A stretch of DNA of 35,521 nucleotides from an uncultured Bacilli bacterium (GTDB lineage Bacteria; Bacillota_I; Bacilli_A; RF39; UBA660), in contig CALWAA010000136.1 of assembly GCA_944372725.1 (NCBI GenBank), positions 1 to 35,521 of the forward strand, in the 5' to 3' direction. Position numbers and translations under genes: made by a program. The notes below the pieces were generated by a model, which worked only from the letters and a program-made list of their open reading frames with translations, was not told the origin of the DNA and did no database searches. Shown here piece by piece: positions 25,603 to 35,513 of this stretch (within the stretch, counting starts at the first letter, position 1; every line of letters starts with the position of its first letter).

Positions 25603-27159
25603 ATGGATTTAAAAGAATCAAAATTCGATTTAGAACAAGCTGCAGGAGAAGTATATGAAAAAGCAGAACAAATTTATAAAGGTAGTGAAATTAATCAAGA
25701 TACACTAACTGGAGTTTTACATAGATTTTTTAAAGATACGTTTACAGCTAGACAATTACAAGCATTAGAAGATTATTTTGAAGAACAAGAAAAAATATTC
25801 TATGATATGTACGGTGGAGAAGGAGATTTACAAGAAAATAAAAAAATAACAGAAGCGACTGACTCAACAATGGATGGAAAAGATGTTACAAACGATTTTC
25901 AAATGATGAAAGCCTTTACTAGTAATTTTGGACCAGTAAAAGTAATAAAAAATTCTTATGATAAAAATTATTATATTTATAGAGCTGATGAAACAAATAC
26001 TAATAATTATTTAGATTTTTCAAAAAGTAAAGATTATATAGAAGGATGGCTAAATGGAGCTATAAAAGCCAAAAATAATGTTATAAGTTCCAAAACAGAA
26101 TCTTTACAAGAAAACGCACGATTAGGAAGAATACCAACAAGTGAGTTACCAGATTTTTGTTATTCATATAATGAAACTACAGGTGAAATAATTGTAATTA
26201 AAAAAGGAGTAGAAGGATACTATCCATCAGAAATTAAATTAGATGATACACTTGTAGGGGATGAAAGAAAACAACGAGCAGAAGAATTAATAAAAGAACA
26301 AAACGAAATACTTGGTGTAACAGATGACCAAAAATTACAGATGGAATTAAATAGTATGTTTGGTTGGGATAAAACAGAAAGTAGATTAAATGAAGTATTA
26401 GAAATAGACGGAGAAGATGTTAGTATAGATTCAATATTCCATTTTCCAAATGTAATTTTTGCAATGCAGGAAACTTGCCGTGAAGCTATAATGGAATTAA
26501 ACTCAGAGGATAAAGCCCCTGTTACAGAAAAAGATATAAGAGTTATATATAATGAATTAAGTAAATTAGAAGATATTGTAAATAAATATTTAGAAAAAGC
26601 TAATCCAGACGAAAATATAACAGAAAGTAAAAAAGTAACAGAAACAATAGATGGAATGGAAGATTTTGAAAAACAAGACGATTATCCAGAAATAGATTTA
26701 TCTTTATATAATACAGAAGCACAAGAAGCTTTAATATTTATAGAAAATCACATAAATACATTATCAAAAGAACAAATACACGAATTAGCAGATAAAGTAT
26801 TTATGGAAGATATATATACAATAAAAGATTTTATGAAATATTTAGTAACATCTGATAACGATGATATAGTAGAAATAGCACAAGAATTTAAAAAATACTT
26901 ACCAGAAAATAAAAAAGTAACAGAAGGATATGTAATAGGACTATCTACTAAAACTGTTAGAGAATTAGCTGAGGACGAAGTTTATGATAAATATGTACAA
27001 GATATAAATGACGGACCAGTAGGAACATTAAGCATAACAACAACAGATAATATAGAAGACGCTTTACAAATAGAAGAAAAATTTGATGCTTATACTTTAG
27101 CAGACGAAATAAAAGAAAGATATCCAGAATGGAATAGTGTTGTAGCATTTTTTAAATAA
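25603..27159 (+). CDS. large acidic protein (518 aa), candidate internal head / ejected protein
   Basis: TAGGAGG RBS. The protein is D/E-rich. The motif E(N/S)KK(I/V)TE occurs three times (ENKKITEA, ESKKVTET, ENKKVTEG). The gene lies upstream of the protease-scaffold gene. Confidence 0.8.
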   Translation: MDLKESKFDLEQAAGEVYEKAEQIYKGSEINQDTLTGVLHRFFKDTFTARQLQALEDYFEEQEKIFYDMYGGEGDLQENKKITEATDSTMDGKDVTNDFQMMKAFTSNFGPVKVIKNSYDKNYYIYRADETNTNNYLDFSKSKDYIEGWLNGAIKAKNNVISSKTESLQENARLGRIPTSELPDFCYSYNETTGEIIVIKKGVEGYYPSEIKLDDTLVGDERKQRAEELIKEQNEILGVTDDQKLQMELNSMFGWDKTESRLNEVLEIDGEDVSIDSIFHFPNVIFAMQETCREAIMELNSEDKAPVTEKDIRVIYNELSKLEDIVNKYLEKANPDENITESKKVTETIDGMEDFEKQDDYPEIDLSLYNTEAQEALIFIENHINTLSKEQIHELADKVFMEDIYTIKDFMKYLVTSDNDDIVEIAQEFKKYLPENKKVTEGYVIGLSTKTVRELAEDEVYDKYVQDINDGPVGTLSITTTDNIEDALQIEEKFDAYTLADEIKERYPEWNSVVAFFK

Positions 27160-27203
27160 AGTGCTACAACTTAAAATATATTTAATACGAAAGGAGTAGT
27201 TAA

Positions 27204-28301
27204 ATGAGTCCATTTGAACAGTATAAAGATGAAATTAATTACGACGTTATATTAGAAGGTAATATAAAATATAGAGTTAAAGGATTTGACGAATCTCCTA
27301 AACCAACTGAAGATCAATTAATAGACGGAGAAGAAAAAATATTTAAGTATATTGATAATCTTTTAACAAATGAAGATTATTTATATGAATGTTTTAAAGA
27401 AACAGGTATTGCACGTGGACGTATATATGGAGAATTTTCAGATAAAGATGTTAATGAAGATAAACTATATTTTAAATTTGGTATTTCTACACAAGAAGCT
27501 GAAAAAGAAATAGTAATAGAAGATGTAGTAGATTACTTTAAAGGATTTATGGAAGATTTAGATAGTGATGTAGAACTACAATCTGTTACAGGTTGGTCAA
27601 GTGAGGACGAAGAAGTAGAACCAACAGATATAGTGTTAGAAACTTACGGGGAACCTACTGTTAATATTATTAAAAATGATTTAACAGAAAATGTGGATTT
27701 AAATAATATTGATAGACAATTAGTACTTGAAGGTAAACTAAATTTTATTAAAGAAAATAATTATAAAGTACTACAATTAAATGACTCTGGTACAATAGAA
27801 TTATATGAAAATAATAAATGTATTAGTATGACACCTTTTTCTAAATTAGGGGTACAAAAATTATATAAAACAATTATAACAGAAGGGTATGAATTAACAG
27901 ATCAAGATATAAAAATAGATCCACAAAATTTAGAACAAACTAAAGAAAATGTGGAACAAGCTATAGAACAAGTAGATGAAATACAAGAATTAAAAAATAC
28001 TTTAAATGACAAAATAGATAATCTTACAACAGAAAGTAAAATGGAAGAAGAAAAAATAAATCATTTTGTATCAACAGAATTTACACAAAGAAAATTAACT
28101 CCAAACGAAATATATGATATTAAACCTGAACAAGATTTTACAATAGAACAAGTTGGATACTTAACAAAAGTATTTGGATCATTAGAAGGATTTAAAGCTA
28201 GTATATCTGAATTTGCTAATTTAATATCTGTAATGCCAGATAAACCTTTTATAAGTATTGATGAATATGTAAGTAAAGTTGTAAAAGAATTGGAAAACTA
28301 A
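27204..28301 (+). CDS. acidic protein (365 aa), unknown function
   Basis: AAAGGAG RBS. D/E-rich, with LTEN and TTESK motifs. Confidence 0.8.
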   Translation: MSPFEQYKDEINYDVILEGNIKYRVKGFDESPKPTEDQLIDGEEKIFKYIDNLLTNEDYLYECFKETGIARGRIYGEFSDKDVNEDKLYFKFGISTQEAEKEIVIEDVVDYFKGFMEDLDSDVELQSVTGWSSEDEEVEPTDIVLETYGEPTVNIIKNDLTENVDLNNIDRQLVLEGKLNFIKENNYKVLQLNDSGTIELYENNKCISMTPFSKLGVQKLYKTIITEGYELTDQDIKIDPQNLEQTKENVEQAIEQVDEIQELKNTLNDKIDNLTTESKMEEEKINHFVSTEFTQRKLTPNEIYDIKPEQDFTIEQVGYLTKVFGSLEGFKASISEFANLISVMPDKPFISIDEYVSKVVKELEN

Positions 28302-28318
28302 TAAGGAGGGTATAAAAT

Positions 28319-30154
28319 ATGGATTTTAAAAAATCTAAAAAGTACACAGAAAGTTATAAAACAGAATTTCTTAATAAATTAAATGAAGGAAAAATGGTAG
28401 ATGTACAAGAAGGACAAGACTTAAAAGTAGCAGAAGTAAATAAAGAATTACCTAAAAATGCTAAAATAGAAAAAGATGAAAAACAATCTTTTGAAGATTA
28501 TAAAACAATGTATAAAGATGTTATAACACAAAAATGTATAGAAGATTATGGAGTAGATACAGATACAAAATTATGGGAAGATACAGCTAAAGAACTATAT
28601 TTAAAATCTAAAACATATATCCCAACAGGTGAAGAAAAACCAGAAGAAGTTCTAGTTAAAAAGGAAGAAAGTAAAAGTTTAAAAGAAAGTAAAAATCCAG
28701 AAGATTTAACTACTATAGAAGAAATAGAAGAATATATAAACAATATACAAGATAAACATACTAAAAACATATTACATTATATATTAGAAGATGAAAAACA
28801 ACAAGAAAATCCAAATATTGGATATCTAACAATGGCTATAAGAAAAGTATCTGAAGTAGAAAATAATAGAGAAAAGAAAACTGAGGATTTTAATGATAAT
28901 ACAAAATTTTTAACACATATATTAAACGGAGTTATAAAAGATATACAAGATAAATTTAATGTAATAGCAACAGCTGAATTTGATACAAACAATACAAATA
29001 GTGTAGTAGTAACATTAAAGGGTAATACAATGGATTTAATAGATGCCACATCTTATTTATCAAAAACTATTAGAAATGACAATGTAGATTTTAGGTTTGA
29101 CGATACAATTAAAAATAATACAGTACAATGTTACATTACTCCTAAAACAGAGGAAAGTAAATTACAAGAAAACAACACAGATTTAGAATATAGATATATG
29201 TTATTAGACAGATTAAAACAAGACTGTGAATACTTTTTAGGTAATGGAAATGGTAATGCAGAACATTCATTATGGGCAAAAGATATAGATGAACAAATTG
29301 CTAAAATGAAAGAATTATATAATTCTTTTGCAGATAATGAAAAACCTGAATGGATAACAATAGAAGATATAAATGATTACGAAAAGAAAATGAAAGCCTT
29401 AAAAGATAGTAAAGAAAAGAAAACAGAAGTTACTGAAAGAGATTTATCAAAAGATTTATTTCAAGATGAAGCAAATAGAAGAATATATAATAGATTGATA
29501 AATTTAGATGTGTATTTAGAACAATTAAAAAGAGCTATAGAAAATAATGATACAGATTCTATTATAGCTAATAAATCTAAAATTAAAAGTAATGTAGCTT
29601 ATTTAATACCTGCACTTAATATAAAAGGTAATGTAAACGGTTTAACTGACTATTTAAAAACAACAGATTTTGATTTTGAAAATAATTTTAAGGAAACAGC
29701 AGACCTTTTAAAAGATTTAAATAATGAGGATAAAAAAGAGGAATCAGCAATTTCAGATTACACATTAAGTGAAATTAAAAAAATTATAGATTCTAATGGA
29801 AATGATTTTACAATAAAAATAGTAAATTCAAACGAAGATGTTGAAACAAAAACATTAAATATTGATAGAGAGGATTTAATTAATATTTATAATGTATTAG
29901 GTGGAAATAAAGATTCATTACAGGAAGACCAATATGAAAATGAGAGAAGAAGAGGAAAACCTTCTATAAAGAAGATAGCTGAAACTGAATTCTATGATAA
30001 TCAAGATTGGTATATACAACATATAAAAGATTATAGTGATGAAGAGGACTTTATAAAAAAAGAAATTGCAGAAATATCAGAAGAATATAATTTAAAAGAA
30101 GATACAGCTAGAAGTGTATGTAAAGAAATATATGGATTAGCTATAAAAAATTAA
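28319..30154 (+). CDS. large acidic protein (611 aa), unknown function
   Basis: TAAGGAGGG RBS. The segment YRYMLLDRLKQDCEYFLGNGNGNAEHSLWAKDIDEQIAKMKELYNSF reminds me of a domain seen in 'polyvalent' phage or plasmid proteins, but this is unverified recall. Confidence 0.8.
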   Translation: MDFKKSKKYTESYKTEFLNKLNEGKMVDVQEGQDLKVAEVNKELPKNAKIEKDEKQSFEDYKTMYKDVITQKCIEDYGVDTDTKLWEDTAKELYLKSKTYIPTGEEKPEEVLVKKEESKSLKESKNPEDLTTIEEIEEYINNIQDKHTKNILHYILEDEKQQENPNIGYLTMAIRKVSEVENNREKKTEDFNDNTKFLTHILNGVIKDIQDKFNVIATAEFDTNNTNSVVVTLKGNTMDLIDATSYLSKTIRNDNVDFRFDDTIKNNTVQCYITPKTEESKLQENNTDLEYRYMLLDRLKQDCEYFLGNGNGNAEHSLWAKDIDEQIAKMKELYNSFADNEKPEWITIEDINDYEKKMKALKDSKEKKTEVTERDLSKDLFQDEANRRIYNRLINLDVYLEQLKRAIENNDTDSIIANKSKIKSNVAYLIPALNIKGNVNGLTDYLKTTDFDFENNFKETADLLKDLNNEDKKEESAISDYTLSEIKKIIDSNGNDFTIKIVNSNEDVETKTLNIDREDLINIYNVLGGNKDSLQEDQYENERRRGKPSIKKIAETEFYDNQDWYIQHIKDYSDEEDFIKKEIAEISEEYNLKEDTARSVCKEIYGLAIKN

Positions 30155-30300
30155 TCAAAAACAGAAAGTTTTAAAATAACAGATCCAAGAATATCAAAGA
30201 AATTCTAATGAAGAAACATTAAAAGCATTTAAAGATGCAAGAAGAGTTTTTGAAAAAGAAATTAAAGAAAGAAAATAAATTAATTTAATTAAAAATATTA

Positions 30301-30336
30301 AAAAGTAGTGTATTTTTACACTACTTTTTAATTTTC
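30301..30336 (+). terminator. rho-independent terminator
   Basis: AAAAGTAGTGT (30301-30311) pairs with ACACTACTTTT (30318-30328), followed by a T-rich tail. Confidence 0.7.
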
Positions 30337-30349
30337 TAAAATACGTAAA

Positions 30350-30363
30350 GTAAAATATTATTG
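30350..30363 (+). promoter_or_regulatory. copy of recurring motif TAAAATAWTAWTAG (candidate phage promoter)
   Basis: gTAAAATATTATTGA lies after the terminator, 47 nt upstream of ATG 30410. Confidence 0.4.
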
Positions 30364-30409
30364 AAAAGATTTATTTTGTTTATTAATTAAAAAGGAGATA
30401 GATAGAATT

Positions 30410-31924
30410 ATGGGAAAAGCTACAATTATAGAGGCACAAAATTCTAATACAGTTTATGAAGAAGGAAAAAGTAAAGGTACTTTAGGAAAACTAAAAGGAA
30501 TCTTTGCTGATTATAAAAATGGCACAAGAAATTCGGATAGATTATATACTGAGGAATTATGGGATAATAGAGTGTTTGGTTCAGAAGATGTTATGGAAGC
30601 ATTACAAACAAAAACACTTTTCGGTGAATTAGATCATCCTGAAGGAGATAGATGTGAAACACTTGCTAAAAATGCAGCTATAACAATTACTAAACTAGAA
30701 AAAAGACCTGACGAAGGAGTTATATATGGAGAAGCAGAAATATTAGATACTCCTACTGGAAGAATTGTTAAAGCGCTTGCTGATAGTGGAGCACAACTAG
30801 GAATAAGTTCTAGAGGAATGGGTGAAGAAATATATCAAGAAGGAAAAAATATCATAGACCCAGAAACATACGATTTTATAACTTTTGATGTTGTTGTAAC
30901 ACCAGCAAATACAAAGGCAAGAGTATCTTTAACAGAAAGTAAACATTTAAATAAATTAACAGAAAGTTTACAAAAAGAAATAAAAGAAAGCGAAACAACT
31001 AATCAATTAAACCAAATAAAAACTGTATTAGAAAATGTAAATATGGAAAATAAAGAAAACTTAATAAAACAAATAGAAACAAAAATAACAAGTATAAATA
31101 CTCCTGTTAATACAAAATTAACAGAAGCAAATAAATCTATAGCTTTAGAATTATTAAGAAAACAATATACAGAACAAAAAGAAGTATTAAATAATACTTT
31201 AGAAATGAGTGAAACTATTGTAAAAGAAAATAAATCTTTAATAGAGAAAAATAATAACTTAAAAACAGAAAATAATAAACTTAATACAGAAAATACAAAA
31301 CTACAAGAGGAAAAAGAATTTTTAACAGATTCAAGAAATACATTAAAAGGAAAGTTAAAAGAAGCTAAAATTTCAATAGATACACTAAAACAAAACATAG
31401 AAGAAGTAAAAACTAATAACGAAAAAGCTATAAATCAAAATACAATAGTATTACAAAAACAATTACAAAATGCTTTAGAAAAAACTAAAAAACTTGAAAA
31501 CGAAAATAAAACATTAAAAGAAACTAATACAAAATTACAAGAAGAAAAAGAAATAACAAATAAAAAATTAAATAATTTACACACAATAAATGAAAATTTA
31601 ACAAAAAGTATAGATACTAACAGTAAAATATTAATAGAAATGAAAAACACAAATAAAGAATTACAAAATAAAGTAAATGAATTAGAAACAAAAACAACTA
31701 CTACAAATACTTTAAACCAAAAATTAACAGAAAATAAAAAATTACAAGAACAACAAACAAAACAATTACAAAATAAAGTAAATGAATTAGAAGAAGAATT
31801 AAAAAGATTTTCTAAATTATCATTTAATCCAATTAATGCGGATAGTATTATAACAGAAAACTATAAACAAACACAATATACAGACGAAGAATTACAATTA
31901 TTAGATGCTTTAATTAAAAAATAA
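30410..31924 (+). CDS. prohead protease (T4 gp21-like) fused to a coiled-coil scaffolding domain (504 aa)
   Basis: In the N-terminal 170 aa, LFGELDHPEG and LGISSRGMGE match the GELNHP and GVSSRGLGS blocks I recall from T4 gp21 (prohead core protease). The C-terminal roughly 330 aa is K/E/N/L-rich heptad coiled coil (e.g. NKLNTENTKLQEEKEFL, ENENKTLKETNTKLQEEKE), as in scaffolding proteins. Confidence 0.8.
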   Translation: MGKATIIEAQNSNTVYEEGKSKGTLGKLKGIFADYKNGTRNSDRLYTEELWDNRVFGSEDVMEALQTKTLFGELDHPEGDRCETLAKNAAITITKLEKRPDEGVIYGEAEILDTPTGRIVKALADSGAQLGISSRGMGEEIYQEGKNIIDPETYDFITFDVVVTPANTKARVSLTESKHLNKLTESLQKEIKESETTNQLNQIKTVLENVNMENKENLIKQIETKITSINTPVNTKLTEANKSIALELLRKQYTEQKEVLNNTLEMSETIVKENKSLIEKNNNLKTENNKLNTENTKLQEEKEFLTDSRNTLKGKLKEAKISIDTLKQNIEEVKTNNEKAINQNTIVLQKQLQNALEKTKKLENENKTLKETNTKLQEEKEITNKKLNNLHTINENLTKSIDTNSKILIEMKNTNKELQNKVNELETKTTTTNTLNQKLTENKKLQEQQTKQLQNKVNELEEELKRFSKLSFNPINADSIITENYKQTQYTDEELQLLDALIKK

Positions 31925-32108
31925 AAATATGTTATTAATTTTTAAATTACTTTGAAAGATATTTGGTAATTTAATTTATATACATTTATGTAATTAAAGA
32001 TATTAAGAACATAGACTAGGGTGTTAGAATAAAAACCGATTTTATAATATAGAAGTACATAAATAGTACATTAAAAATTAAATATTTTTTGAAGGAGTGA
32101 ATTTTAAA

Positions 32109-33500
32109 ATGGCAAAAGTTATTACTAGAGAATCATTAAACAAACAAGTTGCAACAAGTCCAGTTGCACAAAAATTTGCTAAAAGAATTGGTTTACTAGA
32201 AGCTGCTAGAAAAGTTTCTAATTCACAACCAATGTCAGCATATCAAAAACATTATGTAGGACAATTATTTGAAAATACACAAAAAGGAAATCTATATGAA
32301 GGATATACACAAGCTTCTAACGTAGGAAACTGGAGAAGAGATGCTATGAACATAGTATCAATTGCAGTACAAAATACAATATTAGATCAAATCGTTTCTA
32401 TGCAAGCTATGACAACAGCAGCTGAGCTTTTACCAATCCTAGAATTTAAATATGGAACAGATAAAGGTGAAACAAAAGCTGGAGATCTAGTATTAGATTC
32501 AACAGGTGCTGGAAAAACAGATAAATTCTATGATTCAAATATTATAGATAAACAACCTATAGGAGCTGGAGTACAAACATACCTAGCACCATTTACACCA
32601 ATTACAGCTGGAACAGTTAAAGTAATTAAAGCTGATGGAACAGTTGTAACAGATGATGGAGCAGGAGCTTTATCAGATGGAGGTACAATCGACTACGCTA
32701 CAGGTGAAATCAAATTAAATGCAGCTGCAGCAGAAGGAGATACAGTATCTTATAAATATGGTAATGAACAAATACCAAACTACTTATATCCAGAATTAGA
32801 TGGACATAACAAACAACAAGTTGGAGATGTTACATTAGGAATTAAACCAGTTTTAATTGAAGCTGAAGAACATAAATTAAGAGCAATCTATGGATTAACA
32901 GCAGCATATAGAATAAATAAAGAATATTCTGTAAACTTACCACTTGAGTTTGAAAAACAAGTTGCTAACGAAATGAACAAAGAGCAAGAAAGATTAGTAA
33001 TGAACGACATCTTTACTCAAGCAGCTGGTGGAAACTCAGTAGTATGGTCAGCAACACCTCGTCCAGGTGTAAGTGATGCAGAACACGTTGAATCTTTACC
33101 AATAAGAATCAACTTAGCAACATCAGAAATATACACAAGAACAGGTGGTAACTTACAACCAAACTTTATCGTTGCTGGATCAAACGTAGTTGCTTACCTA
33201 AGCAAAACAAAGAACTTTGAAGCAAACGAAGCTCCAAAAAACGGTGGATCTTTCTTAGCAGGAAGATTAGGTACACTTGACGTATATCAAACACCAGGTA
33301 TTGGAACTAACGACTTCTTCCTAGGTGGAATTGGTAACGATTACTGGCAAGCAGGATATGTAGTAGGAAACTATATGCCAATTACGTACACTCAACCAAT
33401 AACTTTAAGTGATTTCACTACTCAAGCGGGATGGGTTTCTATATATGGAAGAAAAATGGTTAACCCACAACTATATATCAGAGGAAGAATCACAGTTTAG
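32109..33500 (+). CDS. major capsid protein, T4 gp23-like (463 aa)
   Basis: ATG 32109 lies 11 nt after GGAG; the ORF-track GTG 32097 overlaps the RBS. IEAEEHKLRAIYGLTAAYRI parallels T4 gp23 IEAKSRQLKAAYSIELAQDL, and PNFIVAGSNVVAYLSK parallels GNFIIASRNVVNVLAS (recalled). Codon usage looks like that of a highly expressed gene, and a strong terminator follows. Confidence 0.85.
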   Translation: MAKVITRESLNKQVATSPVAQKFAKRIGLLEAARKVSNSQPMSAYQKHYVGQLFENTQKGNLYEGYTQASNVGNWRRDAMNIVSIAVQNTILDQIVSMQAMTTAAELLPILEFKYGTDKGETKAGDLVLDSTGAGKTDKFYDSNIIDKQPIGAGVQTYLAPFTPITAGTVKVIKADGTVVTDDGAGALSDGGTIDYATGEIKLNAAAAEGDTVSYKYGNEQIPNYLYPELDGHNKQQVGDVTLGIKPVLIEAEEHKLRAIYGLTAAYRINKEYSVNLPLEFEKQVANEMNKEQERLVMNDIFTQAAGGNSVVWSATPRPGVSDAEHVESLPIRINLATSEIYTRTGGNLQPNFIVAGSNVVAYLSKTKNFEANEAPKNGGSFLAGRLGTLDVYQTPGIGTNDFFLGGIGNDYWQAGYVVGNYMPITYTQPITLSDFTTQAGWVSIYGRKMVNPQLYIRGRITV

Positions 33501-33546
33501 TCTTACAGACAGAAAAACTTTAAAAAGTTTTCATAATATTTTCTCT

Positions 33547-33579
33547 AACAGGTACAGAAATGTACCTGTTTTTATTTTT
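33547..33579 (+). terminator. rho-independent terminator after the capsid gene
   Basis: AACAGGTACA (33547-33556) pairs with TGTACCTGTT (33561-33570) around a GAAA loop, followed by TTTTTATTTTT. Confidence 0.85.
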
Positions 33580-33610
33580 AAATATTTAGTAGTTGGGTCT
33601 TAAAATATAG

Positions 33611-33639
33611 TTGACAAAGGTGTTAAAATAATATATAAT
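33611..33639 (+). promoter_or_regulatory. consensus sigma-70-type promoter (TTGACA-17 nt-TATAAT)
   Basis: TTGACA at 33611-33616, an exact 17-nt spacer, and TATAAT at 33634-33639. The RBS AAGGAGG starts at 33646, so the leader would be very short. Confidence 0.6.
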
Positions 33640-33659
33640 TACTATAAGGAGGAAATTTT

Positions 33660-35513
33660 ATGAAATATATATGGAACGAATTACACTTAAAACAACAAGA
33701 AGAATTAATTAATCAGTATAAAAATATAAAAAAACAAATTAAGCAATTAAATAGTAAAAAAGCTAATTTTGAAAAGAAACAATTATATACAGAAGAACAG
33801 AATAAACAATATAAACAACAAATAATTGAGTTACAAAATATGTATAATAATATTGAAGTATATTATAAATGTGACTATTGTAATAAAATATTTAAATTAT
33901 CGTTAGACAAGCTTAAAAAATTATTTAAAGGAGAAACAAGACCATTATTTTGTAATAAAAAATGTAGCGGTGTTTATTATGCTAATAAATCACACGATAA
34001 AACAAAAGAAGAACAAGAAGAAGTAAATAAAAAAATAAGTAATACTTTATTAAAATATAATAGTCAATTATCCGAACAGGAAAGAAAAGATAAATACGGT
34101 AAAGGTGCTAATAACGATATTTTTTGGAGAAATAAAACAACAGAGGAAAGAAGTAAAATATTAAAATCTAGAGTACCTAAATCTAAACAAACAAAATTAG
34201 AGAAATATGGAAACGAGAGTTATAATAACAGTGAACAAACTAAAGTTACTAATTTAGAAAAGTATGGAGTAGATAATCAATTTAAATTAAAAGAAAACCA
34301 AAATAAAGCTAAACAAGTTATGTTAGAAAAATATGGAGTACCAAAATTTTTCCAAGAGAGAAATTTATTTAAGAACATAAGCTTAGAACGTTATGGAGTA
34401 ACACATCCAATGCAAAATAAAGAAATTAAGTTAAAACTTCGTAATACTAAAATACAAAGATATGATGACCCTGGATATAATAACTTAGAACAAATAATAA
34501 AAACTAATATGTTAAAATATGGAAGGCCTTATGGCTTTGATCTAAATAAAAGTAAGAAAACCAAATATATAAAATACAAAGATGTAAATTATAATAATAG
34601 ACCAAAAGCACTTAAAACTGTATACGAAAAATACGGTAAAAATTATTACGAACAATTAACAAAATATACAAGTTCAAAAATATCCAAAATAAATCTTAAA
34701 TTTGCTAAATTTATAAATTGTAAAGATTTTGAATTTCCTTTGGATAGTTATAGTTACGATTTAAAATACGAAAATATATTAATAGAAATAGACCCATCTT
34801 TTACACATAATTCCTCACCAAATAAAATATACGGTAGATTCGGTGGAATAGATAAAAATTATCATAGTGATAAAACATTTTTAGCTAGACAAAATGGTTA
34901 TAAATGTATTCATATATTTGATTGGGATGATTGGAATAAGATAAAATATCTACTACAAGATAAAGAAACATTATATGCAAGAAAATTAGAAGTTAAAGAA
35001 GTAGATAAAAAAGAATGTAATGAATTCCTAAATAACTACCACTTACAAAATAGTTGTAATGGACAAGAAATTAGATTAGGACTATACAAGGATAACAAAT
35101 TAATAGAAATAATGACATTTGGAAAACCGAGATACAATAAAAACTATCAATGGGAATTATTAAGACTATGTACTAAACCAGAATATAAAGTAGTTGGAGG
35201 TTCTGAAAAACTGTTTAAACATTTTATACAACTAGTTAATCCAGAAAGTATTATTTCTTATTGTGATAATTCTAAATTTAGTGGAGAAGTATATTCTAAA
35301 TTAGGATTTATACAAAAAGGAAAACCACATCCTTCATTACATTGGAGTAAAGACGACGAACATATAACAGATAACTTATTAAGACAAAGAGGGTTTGACC
35401 AATTATTTAATACTAATTATGGTAAAGGTACAAGTAACGAAGAATTAATGATAGAACACGGTTGGTTACCTATATATGATTGTGGACAAATGACTTTTAT
35501 ATGGCATAAATAA
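33660..35513 (+). CDS. free-standing homing-endonuclease-like protein (Hef-like; 617 aa)
   Basis: AAGGAGG RBS. An N-terminal CxxC...CxxxC zinc-finger-like segment (CDYCNKIF...FCNKKCSG) is followed by about eight iterated (L)EKYG(V) repeats. A restriction-endonuclease-like core (ILIEIDPSFTHNS...KCIHIFDWD) and a C-terminal block ARKLEVKEVDKKECNEFLNNYHLQ...VVGGSEKLF follow, as I recall from T4-type 'Hef-like' homing endonucleases. The family call is unverified. Confidence 0.6.
   Translation: MKYIWNELHLKQQEELINQYKNIKKQIKQLNSKKANFEKKQLYTEEQNKQYKQQIIELQNMYNNIEVYYKCDYCNKIFKLSLDKLKKLFKGETRPLFCNKKCSGVYYANKSHDKTKEEQEEVNKKISNTLLKYNSQLSEQERKDKYGKGANNDIFWRNKTTEERSKILKSRVPKSKQTKLEKYGNESYNNSEQTKVTNLEKYGVDNQFKLKENQNKAKQVMLEKYGVPKFFQERNLFKNISLERYGVTHPMQNKEIKLKLRNTKIQRYDDPGYNNLEQIIKTNMLKYGRPYGFDLNKSKKTKYIKYKDVNYNNRPKALKTVYEKYGKNYYEQLTKYTSSKISKINLKFAKFINCKDFEFPLDSYSYDLKYENILIEIDPSFTHNSSPNKIYGRFGGIDKNYHSDKTFLARQNGYKCIHIFDWDDWNKIKYLLQDKETLYARKLEVKEVDKKECNEFLNNYHLQNSCNGQEIRLGLYKDNKLIEIMTFGKPRYNKNYQWELLRLCTKPEYKVVGGSEKLFKHFIQLVNPESIISYCDNSKFSGEVYSKLGFIQKGKPHPSLHWSKDDEHITDNLLRQRGFDQLFNTNYGKGTSNEELMIEHGWLPIYDCGQMTFIWHK

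Noticed and set aside
30155-30278. Coding-like sequence after the stop of 28319-30154. This is an in-frame 17-codon read-through (SKTESFKITDPRISKKF*) and a +1-frame 32-codon open stretch (QIQEYQRNSNEETLKAFKDARRVFEKEIKERK*).
   Set aside because: There is no start codon, RBS or CGG/poly-G signal at the junction. The K/E-rich composition is the genome background. It is probably a gene remnant or chance open frame.
33409-33603. A 64-aa plus-strand ORF overlapping the 3' end of the capsid gene.
   Set aside because: It overlaps the capsid gene out of frame, has no RBS and runs straight through the capsid terminator hairpin.
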